DNA of 63,536 nt, filler included, from Octopus bimaculoides (taxonomy: Eukaryota), in the NCBI RefSeq assembly GCF_001194135.2. It is 4 parts of 4 records of this genome, joined end to end, with 100 filler letters (N's around TTAATTAATTAA, not from the genome) between each part and the next. Parts side by side here need not be neighbours in the genome. Positions count along the whole stretch, not along the records: positions 30,481 to 47,041 come from NC_068985.1; positions 47,142 to 60,962 come from NC_068983.1; 2 more parts are not named here. One strand, 5' to 3'. Shown here one piece after another: positions 35,801 to 49,557 of the stretch; the first letter of the stretch is position 1; the number at the start of each line of letters is the position of its first letter. The notes under the pieces were generated by a model, which worked only from the letters and a program-made list of their open reading frames with translations, was not told where the DNA came from and made no database searches. The position numbers were made by a program, and so were the translations under genes.

Positions 35801-36444
35801 TTCACATCATTAATCTTGCAAAACAAATACAAAAATGATATATGAATAGATTTACTTGACTAACATTCTTTCTACCTTGTTAATATAACATTCTTATTAA
35901 AGAAATTGTCGTATCAATTAACTGAAATAAAAAAAAACAAACAAACTATTTGTTTTAGAACCTTTCACCACTACCACAATCACAACTGTCTCCATCCTGA
36001 TTACCACTCCTATCATCATCATCATCATCACATACATCAACACACACTATCATCACCATTACCACAACACTGCTACCACCACTACTACAACCACTAAAAC
36101 CACCACCACAACTACTACCATTATCTCCAATACTATCTCTTCTACTAAGAGGCAGTTTCTATGCAACACATGTATGATCTGCTAGAAAATGCAATTAAAT
36201 CCCTGGAGGCAACTAGCTCTAAATCAGCCCAGATTAAGCAGATCCATTATCAAAAACACTCTTGATGCAACCATCCTGTCTCTTTATTTTCCAAACCATA
36301 CATCTCAGAGCATATTATTCTACATGATATTCTTCAATTTTTAAGATGACAGGGTTTAAAATTTGGTAATGAGCTGCACAGAGAGAATAAAGTTTTAAAT
36401 TTGGCTTCTATTTTACTGACTATCACAGTCTGCAGGGATTTTTA

Positions 36445-36483
<39 letters not shown>

Positions 36484-39400
36484 GTATGACATATATTAAA
36501 TATGTATTATCTATGGCAAAAAGCATTGGTGTGGGTACTAGTTCTATATAAAAAGCACTGGTGATGGTGCCACTTAAAAGCATCCAGTACACTCTGTAAA
36601 GTGGTTGGTGTCAGGAAAGACCTCCAGTCAAAGCAGACTATGGAACTTGGTGTGGACCCTGGCCTTGACAGTTCCTGTTCAACTCATGCCAGCATGGAAA
36701 ATGGACGTTAAATGTTGATAATGCTGATGATGATGATATCTATATTGTTGTTATTATGTTAAACTGTTGTATGTCCAAATTTGACCAAATACATTTTTTT
36801 CAATATTTATTTTTGCAAGCAAACTATCATGTCTCCAGCTGCTTCAGATGCCAAGATATCAAAAATTGTCAAAGTATAGAACAAGGGTTTTGCTATGGAA
36901 TGGTAAAACTATTTTTTCACTTCTTGACAAAGCAACGTTTTGGACTTACACCACTTTTGCATAATAGCAACGATATGTATTATTGGGCCATCCCATAAAT
37001 AATGCAGTTTTTCCAATTGCATGAACTAAATTGCATGAACTAAATTGCACGAACATGGTGGGGAATGGGATAAACTACCTGCATCAACTTACTATTGAAA
37101 GCATGTAGTAATTTTACCTTGCATTTATTCATAGTGCAAGTTTTGAAGAATGCAGTTCGATTTTAACAGTTATTTTTTCAAAGCTATAATAGAAGTGACA
37201 AAGGAGCATATTTGGCATATTTTGCTTTCTGAGTTCAATAAAGGCAACAACACAATGGAAAGTGCAAGGAATATTAATGCAGTATATGGGGATTGAACAA
37301 TAAGCATAAGTCAGTGTCAATGGTGGTTGCAGAAATTCCAAGCCGGAAACTACAGCCTAGAAGATGAGCCTTGTCCTGGAAGATCTGTAGAGCTCAATGA
37401 GTATGTCCTGCAAACCCTAGTGGAACAAAATCCCATCGTAACAGTTAAGGAACTAGCAGAGAAGCTTGGATTTGGTCATTCAACCATTCATCAACACCTG
37501 CATGCCATCAGAAAAGTCAGCAAACTGGGTCAATGGGTTCTTCACAAACTTTCCAAGTTTAATCACATGCAGAGAGTGAATGTGTGCTTGCTCTTCTTTG
37601 CTGTCATGTCTCATGAATGGACCTTTTTTTGGACTGAATAGTGACTGGTGACAAGAAATGGGTTATCTATAAAAATGTCAAGTGCCAAAGACAGTGGGTA
37701 GGTGGAAGAGTATTGTAGAAAATGAAGGAGAGTATATTTTAGATTGGAAAAGAACCTTGTTTATCTTAAATTTGAAAAATAAAAGAAGTATTAAAAAAAC
37801 CACATTATTTAAGGGATGACCCAATATATATGTAATAATTAAATTATATATTATGCACTTCATTGTACTTTATTATGCACATGTTCCTCTGGTAGGTAGA
37901 AAAATTGTCTTGCATGGAACCAGTCTGTGGGACAAAAATGGTTGAGGACTGCTTGTTGTAAGAGGTCATGTGTACTGCATTCATGCCTAAAAATGAAAAA
38001 AAAAACAGGGTAAAAGAAAAAAGATGACATAAATACTCCCGTACAATAGTTGGTTCGTATTCTAAACTCATAGCACCCTGGACCTTTGTGGGATCTTGTT
38101 TCTTGGTTGGATCCAGCAGCAGTGTTTCAGTGGGTTCTGACATTTTCCTGTTGTCCCACCACAGAATTTTGCCATCTGATGAAGCTGAAAAGTACTCATT
38201 GCCAGTTTTTGACTGGATCCAAATAGCTTTGTGAACTGGCTCGCGGTGACTCATAGGTACAGGGGTCATCTCAACAGGACTGGGTCCCTTCCGTGTATCC
38301 CAATATCCTGCAAGTATATGTGAATCAAAAAATTAACAGGAGTGACCTCAAACTTTTGATTTTTTTGAAAGAAGTGTTACTATATTGCTAGCAAAAACAC
38401 ACACACACACAGATGCACACAGCATTAAACAGAAGAGGCAGAAGAGGTTAGGGAAGTGACCATGATCTTTGAGTTACCCTTAGTTTTGTGAGAATAATGT
38501 GGTGGATCACATATATATATATATATATATATATCAGTGGCAAAAGGTGACTTGGAAACCAGGACAAGCAGTCCATAATGCTAGCCAATCACTAAGGCAG
38601 AGAGTGGGGTAGTGGAGCCTTACTTTCCCCCCACCCCAAAAACCATTTGCCTTCTCTCCACCTGTGAACATGATTTGAACTATTTTTAATGTGAGTAAAT
38701 GCACTTCTACCAACAGGCCATGCTTCAGGTTTCATATTCCTCTCCATTGTACTTGATGTTACCCTATTAGCAATATCCTAGCCATGATGATCATTTTTGG
38801 TTACAAGAGAAATCTGAGAAAATGATAGAACCTACAAGTAATGAGCAATCTAAAATTTATTTGTAAATCAGTTTAATTCTTCATCTCCTTTGGGCAAATT
38901 CATTAATCATTTTCTTATAAAATGTATCGGCACCAAGCTCTACCTTCATCTTCAAAAGTTCTTTATTCATGAAAATGAAGACCAAATTACTCAATCTCTC
39001 TTCACCTTAAGAACATCTCATATAATTATTTACTTGCTTTAATGAAGAAAGTGATTTCTCACAGGAAGCAGATGTAGCAGGTTTGGTTAGAATAAGACTT
39101 AGTAATTTTGTTACTTCTGCCAGAGACTGGTTTAGTTCAAGCTCCCATATTATATCTGTGACTTCTCAGATGCTTGACACTTGCTTTGCAAAATCTGCAG
39201 CATATACTGATTTCAGCTCACATGTCAAATCCATTTAAATCATCCAATATATTTTTATAGACATCCAAAGATGAAAATGCTTCCATTGAAAATGTTTTTC
39301 ATAGGCATGAAAAAGCTTCAGATTCAACAATGCAACAAATCTCAACTCCTCCATTGCTTTAAATCTTTGCTCAATGTAAACAATAACTTCATGTAAAATG

Positions 39401-41109
39401 TTCTTAAACAAAGTTCTTAAAATAGCTTCTGGTATTTGATATTGATCACATTTCTCTGGTGATTCAGCAACACCGTCCAGAACCCGGTAGCAAAATTCCT
39501 CAGATTTGGTCTTGATATTGTAGTGAGCCCTAGGATTTGAATCCTTTTCACTAAATGATCCATTCACTATCATGACTGAGCCACAGTTGGGGTATGCAAT
39601 CTTGTTGTGAATGCTATTTATCAGCTATTGATTTGCAGGAGATCAGCTACCAGTTAGAACATCATCTCAAGTATCCTTGAGATTCATGCCCTTTTCTCTA
39701 GATAAGTAGTTTCATGCCAAAAATCAACCAGAGCTCTCATGGCATTTGAAGAGAACACAACTCGGCTCTGGCTAAGTAAATCAAGAACAAAGCTTCAACA
39801 AGATTCAGTGTTCTCACATATTCAAGATGACTAATGGCTGAGAAAATACAGTAAAGTTGATCCTGATATCCTAGTCTCTCTACCAGTGAGGATTTGATCA
39901 TTTATGTATGTATTTATGGTCAACCTTCTCCTAAATAAATCTGATGTTAAACATTCAAGAGTTTTGCTTCTGTTTGTAATATATGCAGCCAGCCTAATCT
40001 CACATCACAAGCAATACAACAGTTACACCTACTGCAACAATATCAACCAATTGTCACAAATACACCTTGAAATATCAAGCAAATATTTTGAAGAAACGCA
40101 AACAGAATTTCTGAGCCACTCAATATGGTTTCAAAAACCACTAATAAAAATTCAAACTAAAATCTTCTAGGATTGCAATGAATTTCCTTGCCTGTGCTAA
40201 TTCTGAAGCACTCCAATCCTCTGGATTTTCTAATATGGTTGAAAATACCCCAGAAAAGACAATAATGTTGTAGGACAAAATTATCGACAATTGAAGCAGT
40301 ATCAATTCAAAATAGCGTTTTTTATATCATGCTTAAAATAGATATATTGTTGAAAGATTTTTAAACTGCAGTATTCATCTCAAGAAAACTCATTCTCTAG
40401 ATGTATAGTTTTTCAAAAACACAGAAATGAAGAGTATTTGGCGGCTAGTTTAACTGTCAGGGAAAATGGTAGAAATTGATATTAAGCAGTGCCAACAGTT
40501 GAGGGTATCAAATGATTCAACCATCGTACTATGAGGAGTATACAGAGGTGGTATTAAACCACAGGTGTGCTTATCTAACTACCTCATTACAACAGTGGTT
40601 AGCTCTTCTTGTGGAAAAATTCATATCAATAGTAAAATAACAAATTATGAAGACAAAGAGCTTCAGAAGTGAATTGTTTAGAAATATGCAGCAGGATCTA
40701 CATAAACTCACATTTCTAAACTTCTACTTTTTTTGGTCATTAGACTGTGGCCATGCTGGGGAACCACCATGAAGAATTTTTTGTCGAATGAATCAACCCC
40801 AATACTTACTTTTTGTTAAGCCTGGTACTTATTTTATCAGTTTCTTTATGCCAAAATGCTAAGTTAGAGGGACATAAATACACTAACACTGATTGTCAAG
40901 CAGTGGTGGGGAACAAACATAGACATAAACACACACACACACACACATATAGATGAAGATAGCTAAGGCCAGTCTATGGGATTACCCTGGGTTTCATGTT
41001 CATAAACTCAAGGTAATTCCATAGACCAGCCTTATCTATCTTTATCTATAAACTATATTGCTCTATAACTTAGTGTGCTTCTTTTTCGGATCTAAGATTT
41101 ACCGACAAT

Positions 41110-41155
<46 letters not shown>

Positions 41156-41501
41156 TTTATTAAAAAGCAGCAAAAATATCACAAAAACTGTTACTCAGAG
41201 ATTCACGTTCACGACAGTGCCATCTTGTTACATGGCACCATCACCAGTGCTTTTTTATGTGGTACCTGCACCCACACCAATGCTTTTTTACATGGCAAAC
41301 TACAATACTCTTCTTTCATATCAATATTTTGTTGTTGAATTGTCAAAGGAGTCTAAGGTGTTCAGAAGCCAGTGATGAAAGACTTACCAAGTTGTCCATT
41401 AAAACAACCACCCAATATGATATGACAGTCCTTTGGGTTATATTCAATGCACACCAATGATGAAGGCGGGTGTAGTGACATCTCAGGCTTGTTGGTATTT
41501 T
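32859..41501 (-). CDS. DNAI2: Axonemal dynein intermediate chain 2-like (WD40), three internal exons
   Basis: Exons 41501-41388 ([31 protein letters not shown]), 38307-38045 ([49 protein letters not shown]) and 33038-32859 ([35 protein letters not shown]). GT-AG and phase-consistent; matches DNAI2/IC69 motifs. Confidence 0.93.
33100..35485. repeat. Array of about nine family-A SINE copies (four antisense, four sense, one antisense) in a DNAI2 intron
   Basis: The core ggatgaaaggcaaagtc..gaatttgaactcagaa, or its reverse complement, recurs at about 33.1, 33.6, 33.8, 34.0, 34.3, 34.6, 34.8, 35.0 and 35.3 kb. Confidence 0.9.
36983..37824 (+). mobile_element. Internally deleted mariner element
   Basis: TIRs ttgggccatcccataaataatgcagtttt / aaaaccacattatttaagggatgacccaa flanked by TA. 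Transposase remnant has [17 protein letters not shown] (WVPHEL motif) and IVTGDKKW. Confidence 0.9.
38860..40260 (-). mobile_element. Degenerate hAT transposase
   Basis: The C-terminal dimerisation motif [31 protein letters not shown] is readable at about 39080-38980; the upstream ORF fragment 39235-39573 is consistent. Confidence 0.7.
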
Positions 41502-41858
41502 CTACATACAAGAAAAATAATGTCATTAATATCACTGTGAGTTCAAGAAAATAACATCAAAAACATAATTAAAATTTAAACAACTATTTTTTTTTTTTTG
41601 TTAAACTTCTGTTAAAAATATTTGCTTTGTTTCAATTAATTTTGGAAATAATAAAGATTTTAGTGAAGCAACTTTGTCACATATCTGGAACAAAACTAAC
41701 ATGAAATTTTGATGGAAGGTTTGACCCTTTAACATTCAGATTACTCTGTCAAATGTAATGTTATTTATACTGTTTTGAATTAATCATACACTATCTTGTA
41801 GCTTTGATTTTCCATTGATGTGATTGTTTATTTTTAGAATAACATTACAGGGTAGATG

Positions 41859-44800
41859 TGTTTTATAATGTGGTCTCTGTATATGTCACCTTAGTGTCAT
41901 GCACTAATACAGTGTGATATATATAGTACCGTGGAGGCGCAATGGCCCAGTGGTTAGGGCAGTGGATTCGCGGTCATAGGGTCGAGGTTTCGATTCCCAG
42001 ACCGGGCGTTATGAGTGTTTATTGAGTGAAAACACCTAAAGCTCCACAAGCCTCCGGCAGGAGATGGTGGCGAACCCTGCTGTACTCTTCCACCACAACT
42101 TTCTCTCACTCTTACTTCCTGTTTCTGTTGTGCCTGTAATTCAAAGCGTCAGCCTTGTCATACTGTGTCACGCTGAATATCCCAGATAACTACGTTAAGG
42201 GTACACGTGCCTGTGGAGTGCACAGCCACTTGCACATTAATTTCACGAGCAGGCTGTTCCGTTGATCGGATCAACTGGAACCCTCGATGTCGTAAGCGAC
42301 GGAGTGCCAACAACATATAGTATCACACGATAGAGTAGACACCAACTGTCTCCACTTGATATATTCCCAAACACTCTGCCAACAACAGTAACCAATCCAA
42401 AACAACTCTCAATGAACTATAACAACTTTTCAACAATTTCCTGCAACTCCACGAACAACACCTTTCAACTTCTTGTGATTTTTCATCTCTCCCTCTCAAT
42501 CAAACATGCTACTACTTATACGAGTTCAGCTAGTCCATTCTCACAGGGAGTGTCATGATTCTAGCCATAACATCTCCCCTTTTGAGATTTGACTTCTGTA
42601 GGAAGTGCAAATTGTTTATTTGATTTTATTCTTTCTTTTTTTCATCATCACCTCCCTCTTTTGTGAGATTTTAATTTCCTCAGAAGTTTTAATACTTCTT
42701 TCACTTAGGGGCTATTTCTAGTCGTTTTGTTTATGTTTTCTATTGCTGATCCACCTAGGTTCAGCTACTTTTGCCGTTGGAACATTGAACAAATCATAAT
42801 AAATTTTCATCAGTATTTCTTCTCTTTCTCTGGTATGTTTAGACTTCAACTGGTTCAAATGTCATCTGTGCTCTCCTATTTGACTTTTTATTATGTACAT
42901 CATATTGCCTATTCTTTTCATCACTATACCAACCTCCCAACCTTGTCTTCCATTCTTATATATTTTGAAAAGAACTTTATCCCCCACATTAAAATACTTT
43001 GTCGTGTTTCTTGGGTTTTCCCTATAATTTTTTTTTTTTCTTTGTAGGTAATAATTTATCAGAAATTGATTTTATCTTCCAGGACAACTTGCCTGAACAA
43101 GTGTTCAGGTTAGGTGTTAGCCTGTAAACCCTTAAGAATTGACTTAGTACTGCATCATTGCTTAACTCATTTCCTGACGTTTTTTAGTGCTCGCTTAAAT
43201 GTGTCTATGAACCTTTCTGCTTGCTATTTGATCTTGGGTGACGCAGTAGAGTAGGGATGTGATTGACTGCATACCTCTTGCAGAAATTTTAAAATTCATA
43301 CCCCGAAAACTGTATTCTGTTATCCGATACTACGGTGTCTGAGACGTCACATCATGCAAAAAGTTTGTGAAGAAATCTTATTGTTACCTTCGAGGTTGGT
43401 TGACTGCATTTATATATCTCCAGCCATTTGGTATAGCTGTTTACTATGATCAGACAATACGCGCTGTTCACCAGTCCAGCAAAATCTATATGTAGTCTAG
43501 ACCACAGACTGTCTGTCTTCGGCCACGATTGGAATTTCACCAGTGGTGACTTTGCTGTGAAAGCACAACCTCTGCAGAATTTCACCAATTGTTCAATATC
43601 ATGGTCTATAGTAGGCCAATACACATAACTCCTCATTATTGATTTCATTCTTGAAATCCCTGGGTGTCCCATATGAAATTCACTTAATACACACTGGCAC
43701 AACTCTTTGTGCATACATCAACACATTATCAAACAGAGAAAAATGGTTCATATTTGTGTTACATATATTTTTATTTTCTTTTACCTTCAATGTTTCTTTC
43801 CTCTTTGCAATGAATTTGTCATTCTCCAATTCTAATTTTATATCTTGAACAGTTACTGGCAGCTCCCAAATGATGTTACACAAAATGTTCTTTATTGCAT
43901 TTTCAAACTCACAATGTGGCAATCACAGTATCTTTGAATAGTTTCGTATTTTTTGGAATTAACCCTGATAAGCAATCTGCATGGCCTAACCTCTTGGATA
44001 TACTCCAGCTTAAAGTCGTAATTCAACAGTATTGTACCCCAGCATTGTAACCTATTTGCAGTATGGTTAGGAATTCCTTTCTTCAAATTAAAAATTGATA
44101 ATAATTACCGGTGATCAGTTTGTAGCCGAAAAATTCTACTGTGCAAAAATCTGTGAAATTTCTTCATGGTGAAAATGATCACTAGAGCTTCTTTCTCAAT
44201 TTGACTATAGTTTCTCTCTTCCACTATCAGAAAATATGAGGCATGAACCGCTGCCTTCATATTGCCATCTTTGTATTTGTGTAGCATCACTACTCCTATA
44301 CTGTATTCAGAAGCATCAGAAGCTACAACAATCTCTGTTGCAGAATCAAAATGAGCCAGCAACAATTTCAATATATTATATACTTTATTAGCAAATCATT
44401 TAATGGAGCTCTCAATTCATGCATATTTGGTATATAATTTTGGTAATAATTTGCTAGACCTAGAAAAGCTTGTAAGGTCGTTATATTAGCCGGGGGGATA
44501 TTTTTAATTGCGTCTGCCCTCGACAGGTCCGGTTGTCGTCGTCCATTCCTGTTGATAATTTGTCCTTAATACTTAATTTTAGGTAAGAAAAATTCACATT
44601 TTTCCTCACTCAGTGTGAAACCGTAATCTCTTATTTTTTCGAAAACACATTTTACATGCTCAACATGCTGATCCCGAGATTCAATTTTAATTAATATTTC
44701 ATCCAGGTATGGAATTTCAAATTCATAGTCGGCTAACATTGCATTCATAACCTGTTGGAAAATTGCAAATGTGACCTTTAGACCAAATTGTAATCTGTTA

Positions 44801-45025
44801 TATTCATATAGTCCTTTATACGTATTCACTGTTACAAGCTTTCCTCGTCTACTCTAATTTGTAGGTACACATTGAAGAGATCCAGTTTTGAAAATATCTT
44901 GCCCCTGTTTAACTTCACAAAAATATCCTCTAGAGTAGGTACTGGATAGTGACACATTTTCAGACATTCATTCAAGCCAATGGAAATATCAGTACACACC
45001 CTGATTTTGTTATTCTCTTAACGTA
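41859..45025 (-). mobile_element. Degenerate Gypsy/Ty3 LTR retrotransposon (RT, RNase H, integrase, PPT, 3' LTR)
   Basis: RT: YNRLQFGL..FQQVM..YLDEILI. RNase H: SDASEYSIG..RNYSQIEKEAL..TDHR. Integrase: H..HPG..RMK..VYWP..C..C..RLHIDFAG. PPT AAAAGGGGAGA abuts TGTTATGG at 42572. LTR about 42572-41859. Confidence 0.92.
41929..42314 (+). mobile_element. Full-length family-B SINE inserted in the Gypsy LTR
   Basis: A box TGGCCCAGTGG, B box GGTTTCGATTCC, (AAC)n tail, and an 8-bp TSD ATATAGTA (41921-41928 and 42315-42322). Confidence 0.9.
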
Positions 45026-45313
45026 GTTCTCTGGGATATTCAGCGTGACACAGAGTGACAAGGCTGACCCTTTGAATTACAGGCACAACAGAAACAGGAA
45101 GTAAGAGTGAGAGAAAGTTGTGGTGAAAGAGTACAGCAGGGTTCGCCACTATCCCCTGCCGGTGCCTCGTGGAGCTTTAGGCGCTTTCGCTCAATAAACA
45201 CAATGCCCGGTCTGGGAATCGAAACCACGATCCTATGACCACAAGTCCGCTACCCTATCCACTGGGCCATTGCACCTCCACATATACATACATCTATACA
45301 TACATACATACAA

Positions 45314-45344
<31 letters not shown>

Positions 45345-47141
45345 TATGTATACATANNNNNNNNNNNNNNNNNNNNNNNNNNNNNNNNNNNNNNNNNNNN
45401 NNNNNNNNNNNNNNNNNNNNNNNNNNNNNNNNNNNNNNNNNNNNNNNNNNNNNNNNNNNNNNNNNNNNNNNNNNNNNNNNNNNNNNNNNNNNNNNNNNNN
45501 NNNNNNNNNNNNNNNNNNNNNNNNNNNNNNNNNNNNNNNNNNNNNNNNNNNNNNNNNNNNNNNNNNNNNNNNNNNNNNNNNNNNNNNNNNNNNNNNNNNN
45601 NNNNNNNNNNNNNNNNNNNNNNNNNNNNNNNNNNNNNNNNNNNNNNNNNNNNNNNNNNNNNNNNNNNNNNNNNNNNNNNNNNNNNNNNNNNNNNNNNNNN
45701 NNNNNNNNNNNNNNNNNNNNNNNNNNNNNNNNNNNNNNNNNNNNNNNNNNNNNNNNNNNNNNNNNNNNNNNNNNNNNNNNNNNNNNNNNNNNNNNNNNNN
45801 NNNNNNNNNNNNNNNNNNNNNNNNNNNNNNNNNNNNNNNNNNNNNNNNNNNNNNNNNNNNNNNNNNNNNNNNNNNNNNNNNNNNNNNNNNNNNNNNNNNN
45901 NNNNNNNNNNNNNNNNNNNNNNNNNNNNNNNNNNNNNNNNNNNNNNNNNNNNNNNNNNNNNNNNNNNNNNNNNNNNNNNNNNNNNNNNNNNNNNNNNNNN
46001 NNNNNNNNNNNNNNNNNNNNNNNNNNNNNNNNNNNNNNNNNNNNNNNNNNNNNNNNNNNNNNNNNNNNNNNNNNNNNNNNNNNNNNNNNNNNNNNNNNNN
46101 NNNNNNNNNNNNNNNNNNNNNNNNNNNNNNNNNNNNNNNNNNNNNNNNNNNNNNNNNNNNNNNNNNNNNNNNNNNNNNNNNNNNNNNNNNNNNNNNNNNN
46201 NNNNNNNNNNNNNNNNNNNNNNNNNNNNNNNNNNNNNNNNNNNNNNNNNNNNNNNNNNNNNNNNNNNNNATATATATATATATATATATTGGACACTAAA
46301 CTCTACTTGCGAAGACCTGTTGGGGCAAGTGAAATCGTAATTGAACCATACTCGATGACTGGCACCTGCGCCAGTGGAGCACTAACAGCACTGTCCGAGC
46401 ATGTTCATTGCCAGAGCAGCTGTCTGACTTCCGTGCTGGTGGCCCATAAATAGCACCATTTGAGCAAAACGGTTACCTCCGTTGCCTTCTAGCACTTGTG
46501 CTGGTGGCATGTTAGAAAATCATTCGAGCGAGGCTGTTGCCAGTGCTGCTGGACTGGCTCCCATGCAGGTGGCAAATAAAAAACACATTTTTGAGCATGG
46601 CCATTGCCAGTACCGTGTGACTGGTCCTCGTGCCGGTGGCACGTAAAAGCACCTACTACACTCTCAGAGTGGTTGGCGTTAGGAAGGGTATCCAGCTGTA
46701 GAAACTCTGCCAGACCAGATTGGAGCCTGGTGCAGCCTTCTGGCTTGCCAGTCCTCAGTCAAATCGTCCAACCCATGCTAGCATGGAAAGCGAACGTTAA
46801 ACGATGATGATGATGATATGTAACTACACATATGCTGTTCACAATTTCTTTTCCTTCTTCAGACTTTTGCCTTTCTCCTTTTTGATAAATAGCTATGCTC
46901 AAAACATCAAACTCTTTCTTTTTATTGAGCATCAAGCTAATACATTCCTTGTGCACGTCCTCTTGTTGTCTGTTAATTTTATTCATTTATTTGAATTGAC
47001 TATATATACATATATATACATATATACGACGGGCTTCTTTCNNNNNNNNNNNNNNNNNNNNNNNNNNNNNNNNNNNNNNNNNNNNTTAATTAATTAANNN
47101 NNNNNNNNNNNNNNNNNNNNNNNNNNNNNNNNNNNNNNNNN

Positions 47142-47222
<81 letters not shown>

Positions 47223-48565
47223 ATGTGGGTGGGTGGGTGTGTATGTATGTATATATGCTTATATATACATGTGTACCATACATGTATAATATAATACTTA
47301 TTTTTATATAGTAACTGATTAGAAAGTCAAACCAAAATCTGTTTATAAATTCTTTGTATTTGAAATCTTTAAATAATGACACTTCGCCTCCTTCTATGTT
47401 TGTGACTAATTTGTTTATCGTAGATTATAACAATTTTGGTGAAATCATATACCCCCAACTAAGTGGTAATCGCTTTCATTCCAGCCCAAGGCATTGTTCA
47501 CTCTAGGAATTTTGAATATTATCTATTTTTCGTTCGTTATTTGGAATTAGGTTATGTGTTCGAAAGAAAACATATGACCAAATACTTTCATTCCATGAAT
47601 GTCTCACAATCTTGTTTCTAAATCTGCATTGCCTAATATTATCTCATTACATTTAAGACAAACGAAGTTGATTTATATGAAATTTTTCGGTTATTTCTAA
47701 CACACCGAGCCATTAAGTACACGCTTTGTCTTTAGTCTGATCATTATGACTGACTGCTGTGAAAATTAAATTAGAATAATACTAAAATGAAAAGATTAGA
47801 CTCGGTTCTCCTCATCGGTTGAACATTATTTCACTTCACTTATAATTGGTAATACGTATATTTCGTAGCTTCCAAACTAGTGTTTGAATTATTAGTCACG
47901 TCACTCAAGTAAATAGAAACAAATATATCTGAAAAATTATGTTAACATGATACATTATCCTTCCTATCAAATTTCTTCCTATTTAAATATTGGTTTCAAA
48001 AATCCGAGACTTGGTAATTTCACGTAAATATAAAACATTAAATAGAAGTGATATTTAGATAACACTTAGAGTGACATATAACTAAGCTAGACACTGGTTG
48101 TCTCAAGATCGTTAACTGAAGTGAACAATTTGACAAGTTGCTTCACAGGTTTTATATCATCAGACGCTGAAGTATTTGATACAACTTGGGATCAGATGTC
48201 ATTTTTTTAATATCTCAAACAGTGAGGCAAAAATGAATATTCCAAAAGTGTGTGTGCTTCTTTTTATTTTGATATGAAATTCGCTACCATTTAAAGGTAT
48301 CTATATGCACTTACAGGCATAGACGTACCGACACACATAAAACACGCATACTTACAGACACGCACATATATAGTGTCTGTACACCAACTTTAGAATTCTG
48401 TGCTGATAAGTGCATCCAGCTATGTTTCTGAAATAGATAAATACTATCATATCATAGATATAGATAATATATACATTAGATGTGCTACGATATATTCAAT
48501 ATTTTATCCAGTAGTTCTAATCTTGATCAGTAGCTGAAAATCATCGCGCATGCATATATATACGT

Positions 48566-48606
<41 letters not shown>

Positions 48607-49505
48607 AACCTTATTAAAAAGCAGCAAAGAATATCACAAAAATTGTTATATATATATATATATATATATANNNNNNNNNNNNNNNNNNNNNNNNNNNNNN
48701 NNNNNNNNNNNNNNNNNNNNNNNNNNNNNNNNNNNNNNNNNNNNNNNNNNNNNNNNNNNNNNNNNNNNNNNNNNNNNNNNNNNNNNNNNNNNNNNNNNNN
48801 NNNNNNNNNNNNNNNNNNNNNNNNNNNNNNNNNNNNNNNNNNNNNNNNNNNNNNNNNNNNNNNNNNNNNNNNNNNNNNNNNNNNNNNNNNNNNNNNNNNN
48901 NNNNNNNNNNNNNNNNNNNNNNNNNNNNNNNNNNNNNNNNNNNNNNNNNNNNNNNNNNNNNNNNNNNNNNNNNNNNNNNNNNNNNNNNNNNNNNNNNNNN
49001 NNNNNNNNNNNNNNNNNNNNNNNNNNNNNNNNNNNNNNNNNNNNNNNNNNNNNNNNNNNNNNNNNNNNNNNNNNNNNNNNNNNNNNNNNNNNNNNNNNNN
49101 NNNNNNNNNNNNNNNNNNNNNNNNNNNNNNNNNNNNNNNNNNNNNNNNNNNNNNNNNNNNNNNNNNNNNNNNNNNNNNNNNNNNNNNNNNNNNNNNNNNN
49201 NNNNNNNNNNNNNNNNNNNNNNNNNNNNNNNNNNNNNNNNNNNNNNNNNNNNNNNNNNNNNNNNNNNNNNNNNNNNNNNNNNNNNNNNNNNNNNNNNNNN
49301 NNNNNNNNNNNNNNNNNNNNNNNNNNNNNNNNNNNNNNNNNNNNNNNNNNNNNNNNNNNNNNNNNNNNNNNNNNNNNNNNNNNNNNNNNNNNNNNNNNNN
49401 NNNNNNNNNNNNNNNNNNNNNNNNNNNNNNNNNNNNNNNNNNNNNNNNNNNNNNNNNNNNNNNNNNNNNNNNNNNNNNNNNNNNNNNNNNNNNNNNNNNN
49501 NNNNN

Positions 49506-49557
<52 letters not shown>

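Noticed and set aside
41929-42005. tRNA-like sequence with A and B boxes
   Set aside because: It is the head of a SINE with body, tail and TSD, and has no complete cloverleaf. No true tRNA or rRNA gene was recognised in the window.
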